Positions 49,728-59,974 of a stretch of 64,000 nucleotides of DNA are shown piece by piece (position 1 is the stretch's first letter; every line of letters starts with the position of its first letter). The translations under genes were made by a program, and so were the position numbers. Source of the DNA: Candidatus Pelethousia sp. (lineage in GTDB: Bacteria > Bacillota > Clostridia > Christensenellales > CAG-138); the NCBI GenBank assembly GCA_034933245.1, contig JAYFNX010000009.1, positions 6,505 to 70,504 of the forward strand, given 5' to 3'. Below the pieces are notes generated by a model. It was given only the letters and a program-made list of their open reading frames with translations. It had not been told where the DNA came from and did not search any database.

Positions 49728-50026
49728 AAGCGCAGCGAAACAACATCCAGCCGTTTTTGAATAGGGAGGGAAGAATCCTTCAATTGCCCCGCAGACGGGG
49801 ATGCCGGTATGCGGTACTCGGCTATTTGGCCGAAAAATTCGAGCCGGGTCAAAGCTTTACCGAGGGACAGGTCAATGCGATCTGCAACCAATGGCATACC
49901 TTCGGGGATTATTTTGTTTTACGCCGGGAACTTGTGGATAGCGGCTTTTTGCAGCGGGAACCTGACGGCTCCCGTTATTGGAGGGCGGCCGCGGTGCCTG
50001 GCGCCTCGGTTGAAACCGATCCATGA
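49724..50026 (+). CDS. DUF2087-like protein
   Basis: ORF 49688..50026. ATG 49724 overlaps the upstream stop (ATGA). ...FTEGQVNAICNQWHTFGDYFVLRRELVDSGFLQREPDGSRYWR. Confidence 0.6.
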   Translation: MKAQRNNIQPFLNREGRILQLPRRRGCRYAVLGYLAEKFEPGQSFTEGQVNAICNQWHTFGDYFVLRRELVDSGFLQREPDGSRYWRAAAVPGASVETDP

Positions 50027-50101
50027 AGAGCCGGCCAATCGTCCCTTTGTTTTTTTCAATCCAAACGAAGCAGCCATGGTAAACCCGTGTCCCATCAACG
50101 C

Positions 50102-50127
50102 AAAAGAGTGGCGCAAGCCACTCTTTT
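50102..50127. terminator. bidirectional rho-independent terminator between convergent genes
   Basis: AAAAGAGTGGC-gcaa-GCCACTCTTTT. Confidence 0.8.
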
Positions 50128-50176
50128 GCTATGTTGTCATGGTTCGTCGTCGCAGCATGGCATGGCGTTTTTTTGC

Positions 50177-52588
50177 CTAGCCCACTACAATGTTGATGAT
50201 GTTCTTCACCACGATTACCTTGCGCACGGTTTTGCCTTCCGTAAACGCCTGCACTTCAGGCAGGGCCATGGCCTTTTCCTGCGCTTCCTGCTGCGGTATA
50301 TCCACGGGAAGGTCGATGCGGGCGCGCACCTTACCGTTTACCTGCACGCCGTATTCGATGGTTTTCTGGGCCAGGGCATTTTCATCCCAAGCGGCCCAAG
50401 GTGTGGCGTAAACGGGCGTTTCATAGCCCAGCAGCTCGTTCATCTCCTCACAAATGTGGGGGGCTACGGGAGAAAGCAGGATGAGCAGGGTGTGAAGTTC
50501 TTCCTTCGTCACGTCGCCTTTTGCGTAGAACTCGTTAACCAGGCTCATCATGGCGGCGATGGCGGTGTTATATTTCATCCGCTCATAATCTTCGCTTACC
50601 TTCTTGATGGTGCCATGGACGGCTGCGCAAAGATCGGACCGAATGCCATCCTCTTCGGAAAGCATATCCTGCAACCGCCATACCCGTTCCAGGAAGCGGC
50701 GGCAGCCCCGGGCGCCGGTGGTGCTCCAAGGGATGGGTTGGTCGAATGCGCCCATGAACATTTCATAAAGGCGGAAGGAATCCGCGCCCATTTCCTTTAC
50801 AATATCGTCCGGATTGATTACATTTCCCCGGGATTTGCTCATTTTATCGCCGTTTTCACCCAGGATCATGCCATGGCTTGTGCGCTTGCGGTAAGGCTCC
50901 GGCGTAGGCACCAAGCCGAGATCATAGAGGAATTTATGCCAGAACCGGGAGTAGAGCACATGCAGCGTGGTGTGCTCCATGCCGCCGTTATACCAATCCA
51001 CGGGCGTCCAGTAGTTCAGGGCCTCGGGGCTGGCTAGAGCCTGGTGGTTGTGGGGGTCCGTATAGCGCAGGAAATACCAGCTGGAACCGGCCCAGTTGGG
51101 CATCGTGTCCGTTTCCCGTTCCGCCGCGCCGCCACACTTGGGGCAGGTGGTATGAATCCAATCCGTTGCCCGGGCCAGCGCGCTGGAGCCATCGTCGCTG
51201 GGCTCGTAGTTCTGGATTTCCGGAAGGGTTAGGGGCAGCTGGTCATAGGGCAGAGGAACCCATCCACACTTCTCACAATGAACCAAGGGGATCGGCTCGC
51301 CCCAATACCGTTGGCGGGAAAACACCCAGTCCCGAAGCTTATAGTTCACCTTCCGGTGGCCGATGCCCTCCTTTTCCAGGTAGTTCTTCATGGCCTCTAT
51401 CGCCTCTTCCACCTGCATGCCCGTGAGGAAGCCGGAGTTGACCATTTCGCCCGTAGCGCATTCGACATAGGCTTCTTTGGTCACATCGCCCCCCGCCACC
51501 ACCTCAATGATGGGTAAGCCGAAGGTTTTCGCGAATTCCCAGTCCCGGGTATCATGGCCGGGCACGGCCATGATGGCGCCGGTACCGTAGCTCATAAGCA
51601 CATAATCCGACACCCAGATGGGGATCTCCTTCCCGTTCACCGGGTTCACCGCCATTATGCCCGCGAGGGGAACGCCCGTCTTATCCTTGGCCAACTCGCT
51701 GCGCTCAAAATCGCTCTTGCGGGCAGCCGCCTGCCGGTAGGCGCGCACAGCTTCCATGTTTTGAATGCGGTCGGCCCATTTCTCAATGTAAGGATGCTCC
51801 GGGGACATAACCATATAAGTCACGCCAAAAAGGGTATCCGCCCGGGTCGTGAAAACGGTGAGGATGTCCTCGCTTCCCGCCACGCGGAAATCCACCTCCG
51901 CGCCCTCGCTGCGGCCAATCCAGTTTCGCTGCTGGATTTTTACCCGATCGATATAATCCACCGTATCCAGATCATCGATGAGGCGCTGGGCATAAGCGGT
52001 TATTTTCAGCATCCACTGGCTGCGCACCTTCTGGATGACAGGGCCGCCGCAGCGCTCGCAAACGCCCTCCACCACTTCCTCATTGGCAAGGCCCACCTTG
52101 CAGCTTGTGCAGAAATTGATGGGGATTTCGGCTTTATAGGCCAAGCCGTGCTCATAAAGCTTAAGAAAAATCCACTGGGTCCATTTATAATATTCCGGGT
52201 CGGTCGTATTCACTTCCCGGGACCAATCGAAGCTGAAGCCCAGCCGCTTAAGTTGCTTGCGGAAAAGGGCGATATTCTTTGCCGTGACCTTGGCCGGATG
52301 TTCCCCCGTCTTAATGGCGTAATTCTCCGTGGGCAGGCCGAAGGCATCGTACCCGATAGGATAGAGCACGTTGTACCCCTCCATCCGGCGTTTACGGGCA
52401 ATGATGTCCATGGCAGTATTGGAGCGCGGATGGCCCACATGCAGCCCCGCGCCGCTGGGATACGGGAACTCGATGAGGGGATAGAACTTGGGCATGGTAT
52501 AATCGTCCTTGGCCTCAAAACAATGGGCTTCCTCCCACTTCTTCTGCCACTTGAGCTCCACCTGGTCGTGGTCGTAACGGTTTGACAT
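50177..52588 (-). CDS. leuS: leucyl-tRNA synthetase
   Basis: ORF 50177..52666. ATG 52588 ([20 protein letters not shown]) behind GGAGGA. HIGH-type (GLHVGHPRS) and KMSKS motifs present. Confidence 0.97.
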   Translation of the reverse strand: MSNRYDHDQVELKWQKKWEEAHCFEAKDDYTMPKFYPLIEFPYPSGAGLHVGHPRSNTAMDIIARKRRMEGYNVLYPIGYDAFGLPTENYAIKTGEHPAKVTAKNIALFRKQLKRLGFSFDWSREVNTTDPEYYKWTQWIFLKLYEHGLAYKAEIPINFCTSCKVGLANEEVVEGVCERCGGPVIQKVRSQWMLKITAYAQRLIDDLDTVDYIDRVKIQQRNWIGRSEGAEVDFRVAGSEDILTVFTTRADTLFGVTYMVMSPEHPYIEKWADRIQNMEAVRAYRQAAARKSDFERSELAKDKTGVPLAGIMAVNPVNGKEIPIWVSDYVLMSYGTGAIMAVPGHDTRDWEFAKTFGLPIIEVVAGGDVTKEAYVECATGEMVNSGFLTGMQVEEAIEAMKNYLEKEGIGHRKVNYKLRDWVFSRQRYWGEPIPLVHCEKCGWVPLPYDQLPLTLPEIQNYEPSDDGSSALARATDWIHTTCPKCGGAAERETDTMPNWAGSSWYFLRYTDPHNHQALASPEALNYWTPVDWYNGGMEHTTLHVLYSRFWHKFLYDLGLVPTPEPYRKRTSHGMILGENGDKMSKSRGNVINPDDIVKEMGADSFRLYEMFMGAFDQPIPWSTTGARGCRRFLERVWRLQDMLSEEDGIRSDLCAAVHGTIKKVSEDYERMKYNTAIAAMMSLVNEFYAKGDVTKEELHTLLILLSPVAPHICEEMNELLGYETPVYATPWAAWDENALAQKTIEYGVQVNGKVRARIDLPVDIPQQEAQEKAMALPEVQAFTEGKTVRKVIVVKNIINIVVG

Positions 52589-52594
52589 AAGCTT

Positions 52595-52850
52595 CCTCCA
52601 TGATGCGTATTCACAAAAAAACAGGCCCCCATCCCTTTTTAAGAGACGGAGTGCCCGCGGTACCACTCTTATTGGCGCTTCCGCGCCCGCTTTTGCCCTT
52701 TAACGCAGGGAATACGCCGGGCCTACTGCAAGCTTTCAGCACCGGGGCTCGGCGGCGAGCTTGGGCCTTTTTGCATACCGCCTTGCACCGCCCGGCGGCT
52801 CTCTGCATGCAAAACAAGGCTTACTGTTCCGCGTCACAGCCTGAATTTGT
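52595..52850 (-). promoter_or_regulatory. T-box leader (Leu) controlling leuS
   Basis: Minus-strand RNA shows AGAGAG...GGUGCAA (Stem I). A GAAAGCUUGCAGUA loop contains the Leu codons CUU/UUG. The T-box AAUAAGAGUGGUACCGCGG lies at 52655-52673 and is followed by a U7 tract. Confidence 0.75.
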
Positions 52851-52942
52851 TGGAATCCTCTCAATTATATTTTGCAAAATCAGAAAAGTCAAGGTATACT
52901 CTCTTTGGTATACCGCTTTGTCGGATCAAGGAGATGAATGTG

Positions 52943-53728
52943 ATGTTTTTAATGGATTACCACCTGCACAGCGAATTTTCAGACGATTGTACTGCGCCTC
53001 TGCGCGCCCAATTGGAGGCCGCCCAGGCGGCAGGCCTAGCAGAGGTTTGCTTCACGGATCATATCGATTTTGACGGTGTGGGCCTGCTCCCCGCCGACCT
53101 TGTGGCAAGAGATGCCGCCATCGAAGCGCTCCGGGGCGATTTCCCGGGAATTACCATCCGCCGGGGTGCGGAGGTTGGTCTAAAGGATGCGGTTTCCGCT
53201 TCCCAATCCTTCGCTTTCTGTGAAAAACGGAACCTTGATTTTATCATTGCCTCCGTTCATATTGTCCAAGGGGTAGATGCATATTGCCCCGTCTATTTTG
53301 ATAGCCGCACCCAAGCGGAAATCTATGCCGGGTATCTTGCTTGGGCTGCACAGATTTTGCCAACCTATTCTTATTTTAATGTCCTGGGGCATTATGATTT
53401 TTGCGCCAAATTCGCGCCCTATTCCAACAGGGCATTTCGTTATTCCCATGCTCCCGAGGCGCTGGATAGCCTGTTTCGCCAGTTGGTGGCGGCAGGCAAG
53501 GGCATGGAAGTAAACACCTCGGCTTGGCGGGAAGACCCGGCCTGGGGACTGGACGTGCTCCGTCGCTACCGAACACTTGGAGGAGAGTTCGTCACCGTGG
53601 GCAGCGATGCTCATCAGCCGCAGCGGGTAGGCCGCCGGATCAAGGAAGCGTTGGACCTGGCCCGCGCGGCGGGCATCCCCTATGTAGCAACCTTCCAAGC
53701 CATGCAGCCCACCTTTCATCGCCTCTAA
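52943..53728 (+). CDS. PHP-family histidinol-phosphatase-like protein
   Basis: ORF 52847..53728. ATG 52943 (MFLMDYHLHSEFSDDC) behind GGAG. Contains ...FTDHIDFD... and ...GSDAH... Confidence 0.8.
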   Translation: MFLMDYHLHSEFSDDCTAPLRAQLEAAQAAGLAEVCFTDHIDFDGVGLLPADLVARDAAIEALRGDFPGITIRRGAEVGLKDAVSASQSFAFCEKRNLDFIIASVHIVQGVDAYCPVYFDSRTQAEIYAGYLAWAAQILPTYSYFNVLGHYDFCAKFAPYSNRAFRYSHAPEALDSLFRQLVAAGKGMEVNTSAWREDPAWGLDVLRRYRTLGGEFVTVGSDAHQPQRVGRRIKEALDLARAAGIPYVATFQAMQPTFHRL

Positions 53729-53748
53729 GTTTATAAAAGCAACAGGTT

Positions 53749-53780
53749 GCCGCCCTTATAGGGGCGGCGGTTTGTATTTG
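53749..53780 (+). terminator. rho-independent terminator
   Basis: GCCGCCC-ttatag-GGGCGGC followed by GGTTTGTATTTG. Confidence 0.6.
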
Positions 53781-53855
53781 TTCAACCATGCGGGAACCTA
53801 TGGCGGCGGTTTGCCGGATGGTTCAAATTCCAGAAGCATGGTTCCTTTAAAATTA

Positions 53856-53883
53856 TTGACATATGCCATAAATCCTATATAAT
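53856..53883 (+). promoter_or_regulatory. strong sigma-70-type promoter of the nifU-like/permease operon
   Basis: TTGACA (53856-53861), 16-bp spacer, TATAAT (53878-53883). Confidence 0.6.
53857..53873. repeat. 17-bp direct repeat copy 1 (TGACATATGCCATAAAT), overlapping the -35 box and spacer; candidate operator
   Basis: Read directly. Partner at 53895-53911 with one mismatch. Confidence 0.7.
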
Positions 53884-53894
53884 GAACATTAATG

Positions 53895-53911
53895 TGACAT
53901 ATGCCGTAAAT
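53895..53911. repeat. 17-bp direct repeat copy 2 (TGACATATGCCGTAAAT), just downstream of the -10 box; candidate operator
   Basis: Read directly. Confidence 0.7.
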
Positions 53912-54165
53912 TCAATTGCGGCAAGGCCCTTCTTGGCAGGATATTTATTTATCCATGGCCTTTTTGGTTTAGGCCCAGGGGATTGGGATGCTTTTAATTC
54001 ATGCAAGCAAAGGGAAGCGCCAAAGTAAATAGCAGAAACAGGGGAGGCGCTTAGGCGACGTAACAGTGGGCAGGAAGAACTGCCTGCAAGACGAGCTGCA
54101 AACCATCGGGTTTGAATATCCGCGCATCCTTCTTCGGATGTGCGCAGAAAATAGGGAGAGAAAGT

Positions 54166-54561
54166 ATGTCTATCGGTTTATTTACGGATGAAGTTATCGA
54201 CCATTTTTCCAATCCTCGGAATGCCGGCGCGTTGGAAGACGCAAACGGCATCGGCAACGCGGGCGATCCCCACTGCGGCGACAGCATGACGCTCTATATA
54301 AAGGTTGAAGAGGATGTTGTTACGGACGCACGTTTCAAAATCTCCGGCTGTGTTGCAGCTCTTGCTTCCGCCAGCGTCACCACGGTTCTTGTGAAAGGCA
54401 AAACCGTGGACCAGGCGCTGAAAATAACAAATCAGGACATTGCGGATGCGCTGGGCGGGCTTCCGGAGCAGAAAATGCATTGCTCCGTTCTGGGAGAAGA
54501 GGCGATACAAAACGCCATTTCCGACTATCGGCAAAATAAAATGGGGCGTGGCTGCCCATGA
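54166..54561 (+). CDS. NifU/IscU N-terminal-domain-like Fe-S scaffold protein
   Basis: ORF 54112..54561, ATG 54166. HFSNPRNAG...GNAGDPHCGDSMTLYIKV...ARFKISGCVAALASAS...MHCSVLGEEA carries the three conserved Cys residues. Confidence 0.8.
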   Translation: MSIGLFTDEVIDHFSNPRNAGALEDANGIGNAGDPHCGDSMTLYIKVEEDVVTDARFKISGCVAALASASVTTVLVKGKTVDQALKITNQDIADALGGLPEQKMHCSVLGEEAIQNAISDYRQNKMGRGCP

Positions 54562-55031
54562 CCATAGCGCTATATGGCATCGCCGTTTTTGCTTTAGCCG
54601 TATCGTTTATTGCAAGCAGGGAGAAAACGCTTCTGGCATTGAAAAGGGCCTGGAAATCCGTAGAGAACATTCTCCCGCAGTTGCTGGCGATTTTTCTTGT
54701 TATCGGGATGCTGCTGGCGGTTCTTACGCCGCAGCAGATATCCCGGTTGCTTGGCCGTGAATCCGGCTGGCCTGGGGTGCTAATGGCCGCGGTCATCGGT
54801 TCCGTTACCCTGATCCCCGGCTTTGTGGCCTTTCCCTTATCGGCCGCGCTTGTGAAAAGCGGCGCAGGATACATGCAGGTTGCGGCCTTCATCTCTACCC
54901 TCATGATGGTGGGCATTCTCACGATCCCGGTGGAAATTCGTTACTTTGGCAAGAAGGCGACCCTCGTGCGGAATGTTTCCGCATTTGCCTTTTCTCTGCT
55001 GGTAGCGTTGGTTATGGGGGCGATTTTATGA
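54558..55031 (+). CDS. permease half-protein (split YraQ/DUF318-type permease, subunit 1)
   Basis: ORF track, 157 aa, four or five TM helices. 4-nt overlaps with both neighbouring genes. Confidence 0.55.
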   Translation: MTIALYGIAVFALAVSFIASREKTLLALKRAWKSVENILPQLLAIFLVIGMLLAVLTPQQISRLLGRESGWPGVLMAAVIGSVTLIPGFVAFPLSAALVKSGAGYMQVAAFISTLMMVGILTIPVEIRYFGKKATLVRNVSAFAFSLLVALVMGAIL

Positions 55032-55576
55032 GGGAACTAGTCTTAAGGCTTATCAAGCGATACCGGCTCTTTCTTTTTCTTCTCCTAATCAACTTGGTCA
55101 TACGCATAGCATCCCCCGATTTGGGAAAAGCAGCGTTCCAGATCACAGGTTCCAATTTGCTTGAGATGCTGTCCGTCTTACCGCCCATTTTTATTTTGCT
55201 TGGGCTGCTGGATGTATGGGTGAAGCGGGAAACGATGATAAAATATATGGGCAAGCGCGCCGGTTTCTTGGGCGTACTCCTTGCGTTTCTCTTGGGCTCC
55301 GCTGCCGCCGGTCCTTTATATGCCGCCTTCCCCGTTGCCGTTATTTTGCTGAAAAAGGGCGCGTCCCTTTCCAATGTTTTCATTATGCTGGGGGCGTGGT
55401 CAACAACAAAGATCCCCCTCGTTCTTTTTGAGGCGTCCTCTATGGGCCCGCGGTTTGCGCTTATTAGGTTGGGTATGGATATCATCGGAATTGCCGCTAT
55501 CGCTTATTTTACGGAGAAGGCTTTATCAACAGAAGAGAAACATGAAATTTATGAGCGGGCGTTAAAAGACGGCTGA
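55028..55576 (+). CDS. permease half-protein (split YraQ/DUF318-type permease, subunit 2)
   Basis: ORF track, 182 aa, polytopic, translationally coupled to the upstream gene. Confidence 0.55.
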   Translation: MRELVLRLIKRYRLFLFLLLINLVIRIASPDLGKAAFQITGSNLLEMLSVLPPIFILLGLLDVWVKRETMIKYMGKRAGFLGVLLAFLLGSAAAGPLYAAFPVAVILLKKGASLSNVFIMLGAWSTTKIPLVLFEASSMGPRFALIRLGMDIIGIAAIAYFTEKALSTEEKHEIYERALKDG

Positions 55577-55843
55577 TCTCCGTTTATTTGGCCTCCCCAT
55601 AGGCCCTGGCGCAAAGCCGGTATGGCAAGCCGTTCCAGGGAGCCTGCTCTTCCCGCCGCCCTTTTGTTAAAAAACTTCTAATACTTTTTAGATTGCTTGT
55701 ATCTTCTCCGCTTCTTATGTTACTATGCTTCTGATAATTATGATGTTGCAGGCACAAGCCTTTCCTTTAACCCTATGGTTTACCACGCCAAGGCCTTGCG
55801 CTTCATGGGAGGAAGATCCTTTTTCATGCTGCGAATGTACACT

Positions 55844-56545
55844 ATGAAACCAGCGTCCATGCTTCTAGCATGCATTCTGCTGCTTACCGGCTGCGTAAGC
55901 CCAGCCTCCGTGCCCCAGCAAACCCATCCGCTGGCTACCGCTTTGCCGACGCCGCAAGAGCATACGCCGGCCCTGGAAGCAACGCCGGCCCTTTCGTCCG
56001 CTCTGCCAACGGAAGCGGAACCCTCGGCCGATCCCTTCTTAGAGGCGGCCGCCCTTGGGGCAGAATATCTGCAGATTTTAACTGGGCAGGACTTTTCCGC
56101 CTTCTCCTATGAGGTGGAGTTCCTGTCGCACAGCGGCAATGGGGAATGGGACGTTTCCTTTAGCATTCCCGATCAGCCCGTTACCGCCAATGTCCGCTTT
56201 GAGGCGGATGGCACGCTCACCTTTTACGCACTTTGGACGCACGGAGAGACGGATGCGAGCCTTCTCCTGCCATTGGCGCCCATGCCGGAAGCGCTGACGG
56301 GAGCGGACTATAAACAAATCATCCCCTATTGGTATAACCAGCTTCCCATTCGGGAGGATGCGCCTTTTAAGCGCATGGAACTGGTGCAAAAGGATAACAC
56401 CCTGCAATATCCCGATTCCTCCTATAGGCTCAACACCGTAAAAATGCGTTTTGAGGATGGTTCCGTGCTAACCTGCCTATACGATCAGGGGACGTGCAGG
56501 CTCACTTATTTTTGCCATTATACGGCCGAAAGCCTGGGCCGCTAA
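55844..56545 (+). CDS. lipoprotein of unknown function
   Basis: ORF 55697..56545. ATG 55844 gives MKPASMLLACILLLTGC (signal peptide with lipobox). Confidence 0.65.
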   Translation: MKPASMLLACILLLTGCVSPASVPQQTHPLATALPTPQEHTPALEATPALSSALPTEAEPSADPFLEAAALGAEYLQILTGQDFSAFSYEVEFLSHSGNGEWDVSFSIPDQPVTANVRFEADGTLTFYALWTHGETDASLLLPLAPMPEALTGADYKQIIPYWYNQLPIREDAPFKRMELVQKDNTLQYPDSSYRLNTVKMRFEDGSVLTCLYDQGTCRLTYFCHYTAESLGR

Positions 56546-57327
56546 TTTGCATGTAGCAGTTCCAAGACGGCCCGCAGTGCTTCCGCCGGAGGCTGCCCGG
56601 GGGCGCTCTCTTGGCTTGCGGCGCCAAAGGTAAAAGCCGAACCGAACACGCCGCCGCCCAGCCTGGTAAGCATACCTAAGCGCCCCATGCCCATGGTGGC
56701 AACCGGAATGCTCAGGCGTGTTCGCGCGGTTTCCGTAGCCGAAAATATCGCCAACACATCCGCGGGGCATTGCGGGGTTACGGCAAGCTTGGCTATATCC
56801 GCCCCTGCATCCTCCATCCTTAAAAGCGTTCGGAGCATGTTTTCTTCCGACGGCGTTTTTTGATAATCATGCAGGGAAAGTAAACTTCTACCGCCCGCGG
56901 CCTTGTTTTCCGCCGCTAGGGCAGCCGCAGTCTCCTCCCCTCGGCCCAGCTCGATGTCGATTATATCGGCCTGCCCACTCTCCATTGCCGCCCGTAAAAC
57001 CGGCATATAATCTTCCTGACAGTCTTCCCTGCCTGCCAGTTCCGCCTCCGTGCGGTAGGTAAAGAGCAGGGGCATGTCTCTCAGGTGTATTCGCAGTTCT
57101 CCCAGCAAGCAAAAAAGGCGCCGTAAATCAGGTTTCTCCCCCGGCCCCCCGGCGCGCCAGAGGGTTTCCTTTGCCGCGTCAAACCGCCACTCAGCCATAT
57201 CCACGGGCAGCGTCCGCAGGGCTTTGGCCTGGGAAATCACTTCCCGTGCCGTTCTTCCCAAAATCGGTGTGCAAAGCTTAGGCGCGCCCATCCCCAGGGC
57301 CAGATTTCTTACGTGCAGCGTTGCCAT
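56542..57327 (-). CDS. aroD: type I 3-dehydroquinate dehydratase
   Basis: ORF 56542..57468, ATG 57327 (MATLHVRNL...). ...PKLCTPI...D..EWRFD...DIAKLAV.P...MGMGRLG..TRL.GG.FGSAFTF. Confidence 0.8.
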   Translation of the reverse strand: MATLHVRNLALGMGAPKLCTPILGRTAREVISQAKALRTLPVDMAEWRFDAAKETLWRAGGPGEKPDLRRLFCLLGELRIHLRDMPLLFTYRTEAELAGREDCQEDYMPVLRAAMESGQADIIDIELGRGEETAAALAAENKAAGGRSLLSLHDYQKTPSEENMLRTLLRMEDAGADIAKLAVTPQCPADVLAIFSATETARTRLSIPVATMGMGRLGMLTRLGGGVFGSAFTFGAASQESAPGQPPAEALRAVLELLHAN

Positions 57328-57352
57328 ACAGTTTTCCTTTCCCGCAAAAATC

Positions 57353-57679
57353 TCAGGGTTTTGTGTTCTCCGTTTGCCCGCCATGCGCCGCCTCTGCCTG
57401 CCGGGCTTCCTCCTGCGCCTGTTTTTTTTCATATAACCGGTTTCTGTACCACAGTACCAGATCCGCAAAAACCATTACGGCATTGAGCATGTAAAAATAG
57501 GTTACAAAATCACGAGTCGTCATCAGCTTATTGATGATGCCAAAGATATAGCCGGTCTCAATCAGCACCGAAAAAATGGCGCTTTTCCCCGCCGTGCTCC
57601 GGCTTTTATAGGTTTTGTAAAGCGCCGCCGGCCAAGAAACGCCAAAGCAGATCAACATCATCAATTCAAATATAGGCAT
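57353..57679 (-). CDS. small three-helix PQ-loop/SemiSWEET-like membrane protein
   Basis: ORF track, 108 aa. SWPAALYKTYKSRSTAGKS resembles a PQ-loop motif. Confidence 0.45.
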   Translation of the reverse strand: MPIFELMMLICFGVSWPAALYKTYKSRSTAGKSAIFSVLIETGYIFGIINKLMTTRDFVTYFYMLNAVMVFADLVLWYRNRLYEKKQAQEEARQAEAAHGGQTENTKP

Positions 57680-58119
57680 GGTTTATTCACAATCCTTTGC
57701 AGCTTGGAGATCCTGTCTAGTTTGCATTATTCTAAGGAATGGTAGCACATGTTCTTGAAAAGTGCAAGGCCGGGCACCGGGGCGTTTTTTGTGTTTCCGC
57801 AGAAACGATGCGAACACCATAAGCAGGGAGCGGATGGTGCTGATGATGAACACCTCCTTCTAAAGCAAATCGACAGCCTTCATTTGAAAAAAATGAGCGT
57901 AAACGCAAGGTGTCCTATGCCTGTTTTTTGCCATGTTGCATGGGTGCTTCGCCCTATTTTATTCATGTTCTTGCAAACGGCTAGTACGTCGCATATGATA
58001 TACATATTGTGTTCCCGCAGGCGGGGCAAGCAACGTGCTTTTTGTTTTGAATGCGGCATGTCCAAGCAAAAATAGGTTTGCATTTTGGAATTTGGGCATA
58101 ACCCGCCTGCGCACAGCCG

Positions 58120-58629
58120 GTGAAAGGCTTTGGCAGTTTTCGCGGCTTTTATAAGTTTGAGAAAGAAGTGAACGGCTTGAGAGAGAGAACCGATCCTGTG
58201 CAGGCCAACGCATTATTTCATCTTTTATTAGAAGCGCAAAGCCTGAAACAGTTTTTAAAAGACAATGAGCAGGAAATGCAATTGCAGTCTTTTTGCGAAT
58301 ATATAACGGAGCTTTGTGAGAAGCAAGGCGAAGTGCCGGAGCATATCATCAAGCGAACGAATCTGGAGCGTTCCTTTGGCCACCAGCTTTTTAAAGGCAC
58401 AAGGAATCCCTCCAGAGATACGGTTTTGCAATTGGCTTTTGGATTTAACGCCGATGTAATCAGAGCGCAAGAACTTTTACGATATGCCGGAATGAGCGCC
58501 TTATATCCAAGGATGAAACGCGATGCCGTTATCATTTATTGCCTGCATAATCGAATATCCATCGTGGAGACGCAAACCATCCTGCACGAGCTGGCGTTAC
58601 CCCTTATCGGTGCAGGTAAAACCAAGTAA
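58120..58629 (+). CDS. XRE-like helix-turn-helix protein of a family common in Clostridia; start codon uncertain
   Basis: ORF track, 169 aa, ...FCEYITELCEKQGEVPEHIIKRTNLERSFGHQLFKGTRNPSRDTVLQLAFGF...LLRYAGMSALYPRMKRDAVIIYCL... Confidence 0.65.
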   Translation: MKGFGSFRGFYKFEKEVNGLRERTDPVQANALFHLLLEAQSLKQFLKDNEQEMQLQSFCEYITELCEKQGEVPEHIIKRTNLERSFGHQLFKGTRNPSRDTVLQLAFGFNADVIRAQELLRYAGMSALYPRMKRDAVIIYCLHNRISIVETQTILHELALPLIGAGKTK

Positions 58630-58820
58630 GCTGTCCTTTTTTCAGTATACGATGGAATAAGCATGGATCGGCAACCGGGTTTTGTTCATGACCCTGCAAA
58701 AGGAGTAAACCGCCTCCTGCGTCTCGTTTTCACGGGATAATTCCTGTTGCCTTATAAAATTCTAGAAAAACGAATTGCAAACTTCGCTTACATATGATAA
58801 AATCACATTCGGCACAATAA

Positions 58821-58907
58821 GCCGGTGTGTTGGAATTGGCAGACGAGGCGGACTCAAAATCCGTTGGTAGCGATACCGTGTGGGTTCGAGTCCCACCACC
58901 GGCACCA
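58821..58907 (+). tRNA. tRNA-Leu (anticodon CAA), intact, with encoded CCA
   Basis: Hand fold: acceptor GCCGGTG/CACCGGC, anticodon loop CT-CAA-AA, long variable arm GGTAGCGATACC, T-arm GTGGG-TTCGAGT-CCCAC, then A-CCA. Confidence 0.9.
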
Positions 58908-59017
58908 AAGTCCTTATGAATCCTGGGTTTGACAGGGTTTCGTAAGGGCTTTTTTGTTCCCCTGAAAGAAGGGCAGCTCCAACGGATTTTCAGGCAAAAA
59001 GAAAGGAATCCGTTGCC

Positions 59018-59974
59018 ATGAAACGAAAGCAAATTGTAGGGAAATCCATCAGTATTCAAGAAGCCTTTGAGCAGTTCCAACGCTTCAACCAAACCAAGAA
59101 TCTATCCCCTGAAACGATACGATATCACGACAACCATTCTAAGCCCTTCTTTGCATTTCTAGAGGATGTTTCCCAGCCTGTTGACTCTATCACCAAGGAG
59201 AAGATTGATGCCTATATCCTGCATTTAAAGGCAAAGGGAACGGTAAACGATACCACCATCAATACCCGGTTAAGAATGGTGCGGGGCTTTCTCTATTACT
59301 GCATGAAGCGGGGGCTTATGCCCACCTTTCAGATAGCACAAATACGGGTTACACAGCCTGTAAAGGAACCCTATACCAAGGCCGAGCTGGCCTTGCTCTT
59401 AAAGAAACCAAATATCAAAAGCTGTTCCTTTGCCAGATACAGGAACTGGGTAATCGTCAATTTTCTGTTGGCTACAGGGTGCCGGGCTTCCACGCTGGTG
59501 AACATTCGGATAGAGGATGTGGATTTAACTGGCGGCATGGTACTCTTCCGTCATATGAAAACGAGAACCCAGCAGATGGTCCCCCTGTCCAAAACCATAA
59601 TCGGTGTACTCGAAGAATACCTCACCTACCGGGATGGACAGCCATCCGAACCCCTGTTTATTTCTGAATATGGCAATGCCTTAAAGGTAGATACGCTGGA
59701 TAGCTGCATCCGGGAATATAATCTTTCCTGTGGGGTAGAAAAAACCTCCCTTCATCTGTTTAGACATACCTACGCAAAGCTTTTTATCACTGCTGGGGGT
59801 GATCCCTTTCGGCTGCAAAAGCTATTAGGCCATAGTGATCTCACCATGACCAAACGGTATGTAGCCCTGTATGCTGAAGATTTAAAGGAAAACTATGATA
59901 AGCTGAATCCCTTAGAACAGTTATCAACCGGGAGAAACGGGAACCGGGTTAAATTGAACGTAGCCCACCGATAG
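59018..59974 (+). CDS. int: tyrosine recombinase/integrase
   Basis: ORF track, 318 aa. SAM-like N-terminal domain. Catalytic residues in context: ATGCRAS (R), HLFRHTYA (H-x-x-R), LGHSD (H), TKRYV (Y). Confidence 0.9.
   Translation: MKRKQIVGKSISIQEAFEQFQRFNQTKNLSPETIRYHDNHSKPFFAFLEDVSQPVDSITKEKIDAYILHLKAKGTVNDTTINTRLRMVRGFLYYCMKRGLMPTFQIAQIRVTQPVKEPYTKAELALLLKKPNIKSCSFARYRNWVIVNFLLATGCRASTLVNIRIEDVDLTGGMVLFRHMKTRTQQMVPLSKTIIGVLEEYLTYRDGQPSEPLFISEYGNALKVDTLDSCIREYNLSCGVEKTSLHLFRHTYAKLFITAGGDPFRLQKLLGHSDLTMTKRYVALYAEDLKENYDKLNPLEQLSTGRNGNRVKLNVAHR

Noticed and set aside
57681-58119. Possible small genes or an sRNA in the 440-bp gap before the HTH gene (ORFs 57749..58075 plus strand and 57880..58083 minus strand; a 10-bp inverted repeat CGCAGGCGGG/CCCGCCTGCG about 75 nt apart).
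   Set aside because: Both ORFs lack an SD, have implausible composition and overlap each other on opposite strands. The inverted repeat has no adjacent U-tract or promoter that I could support. The evidence is insufficient to call a feature.
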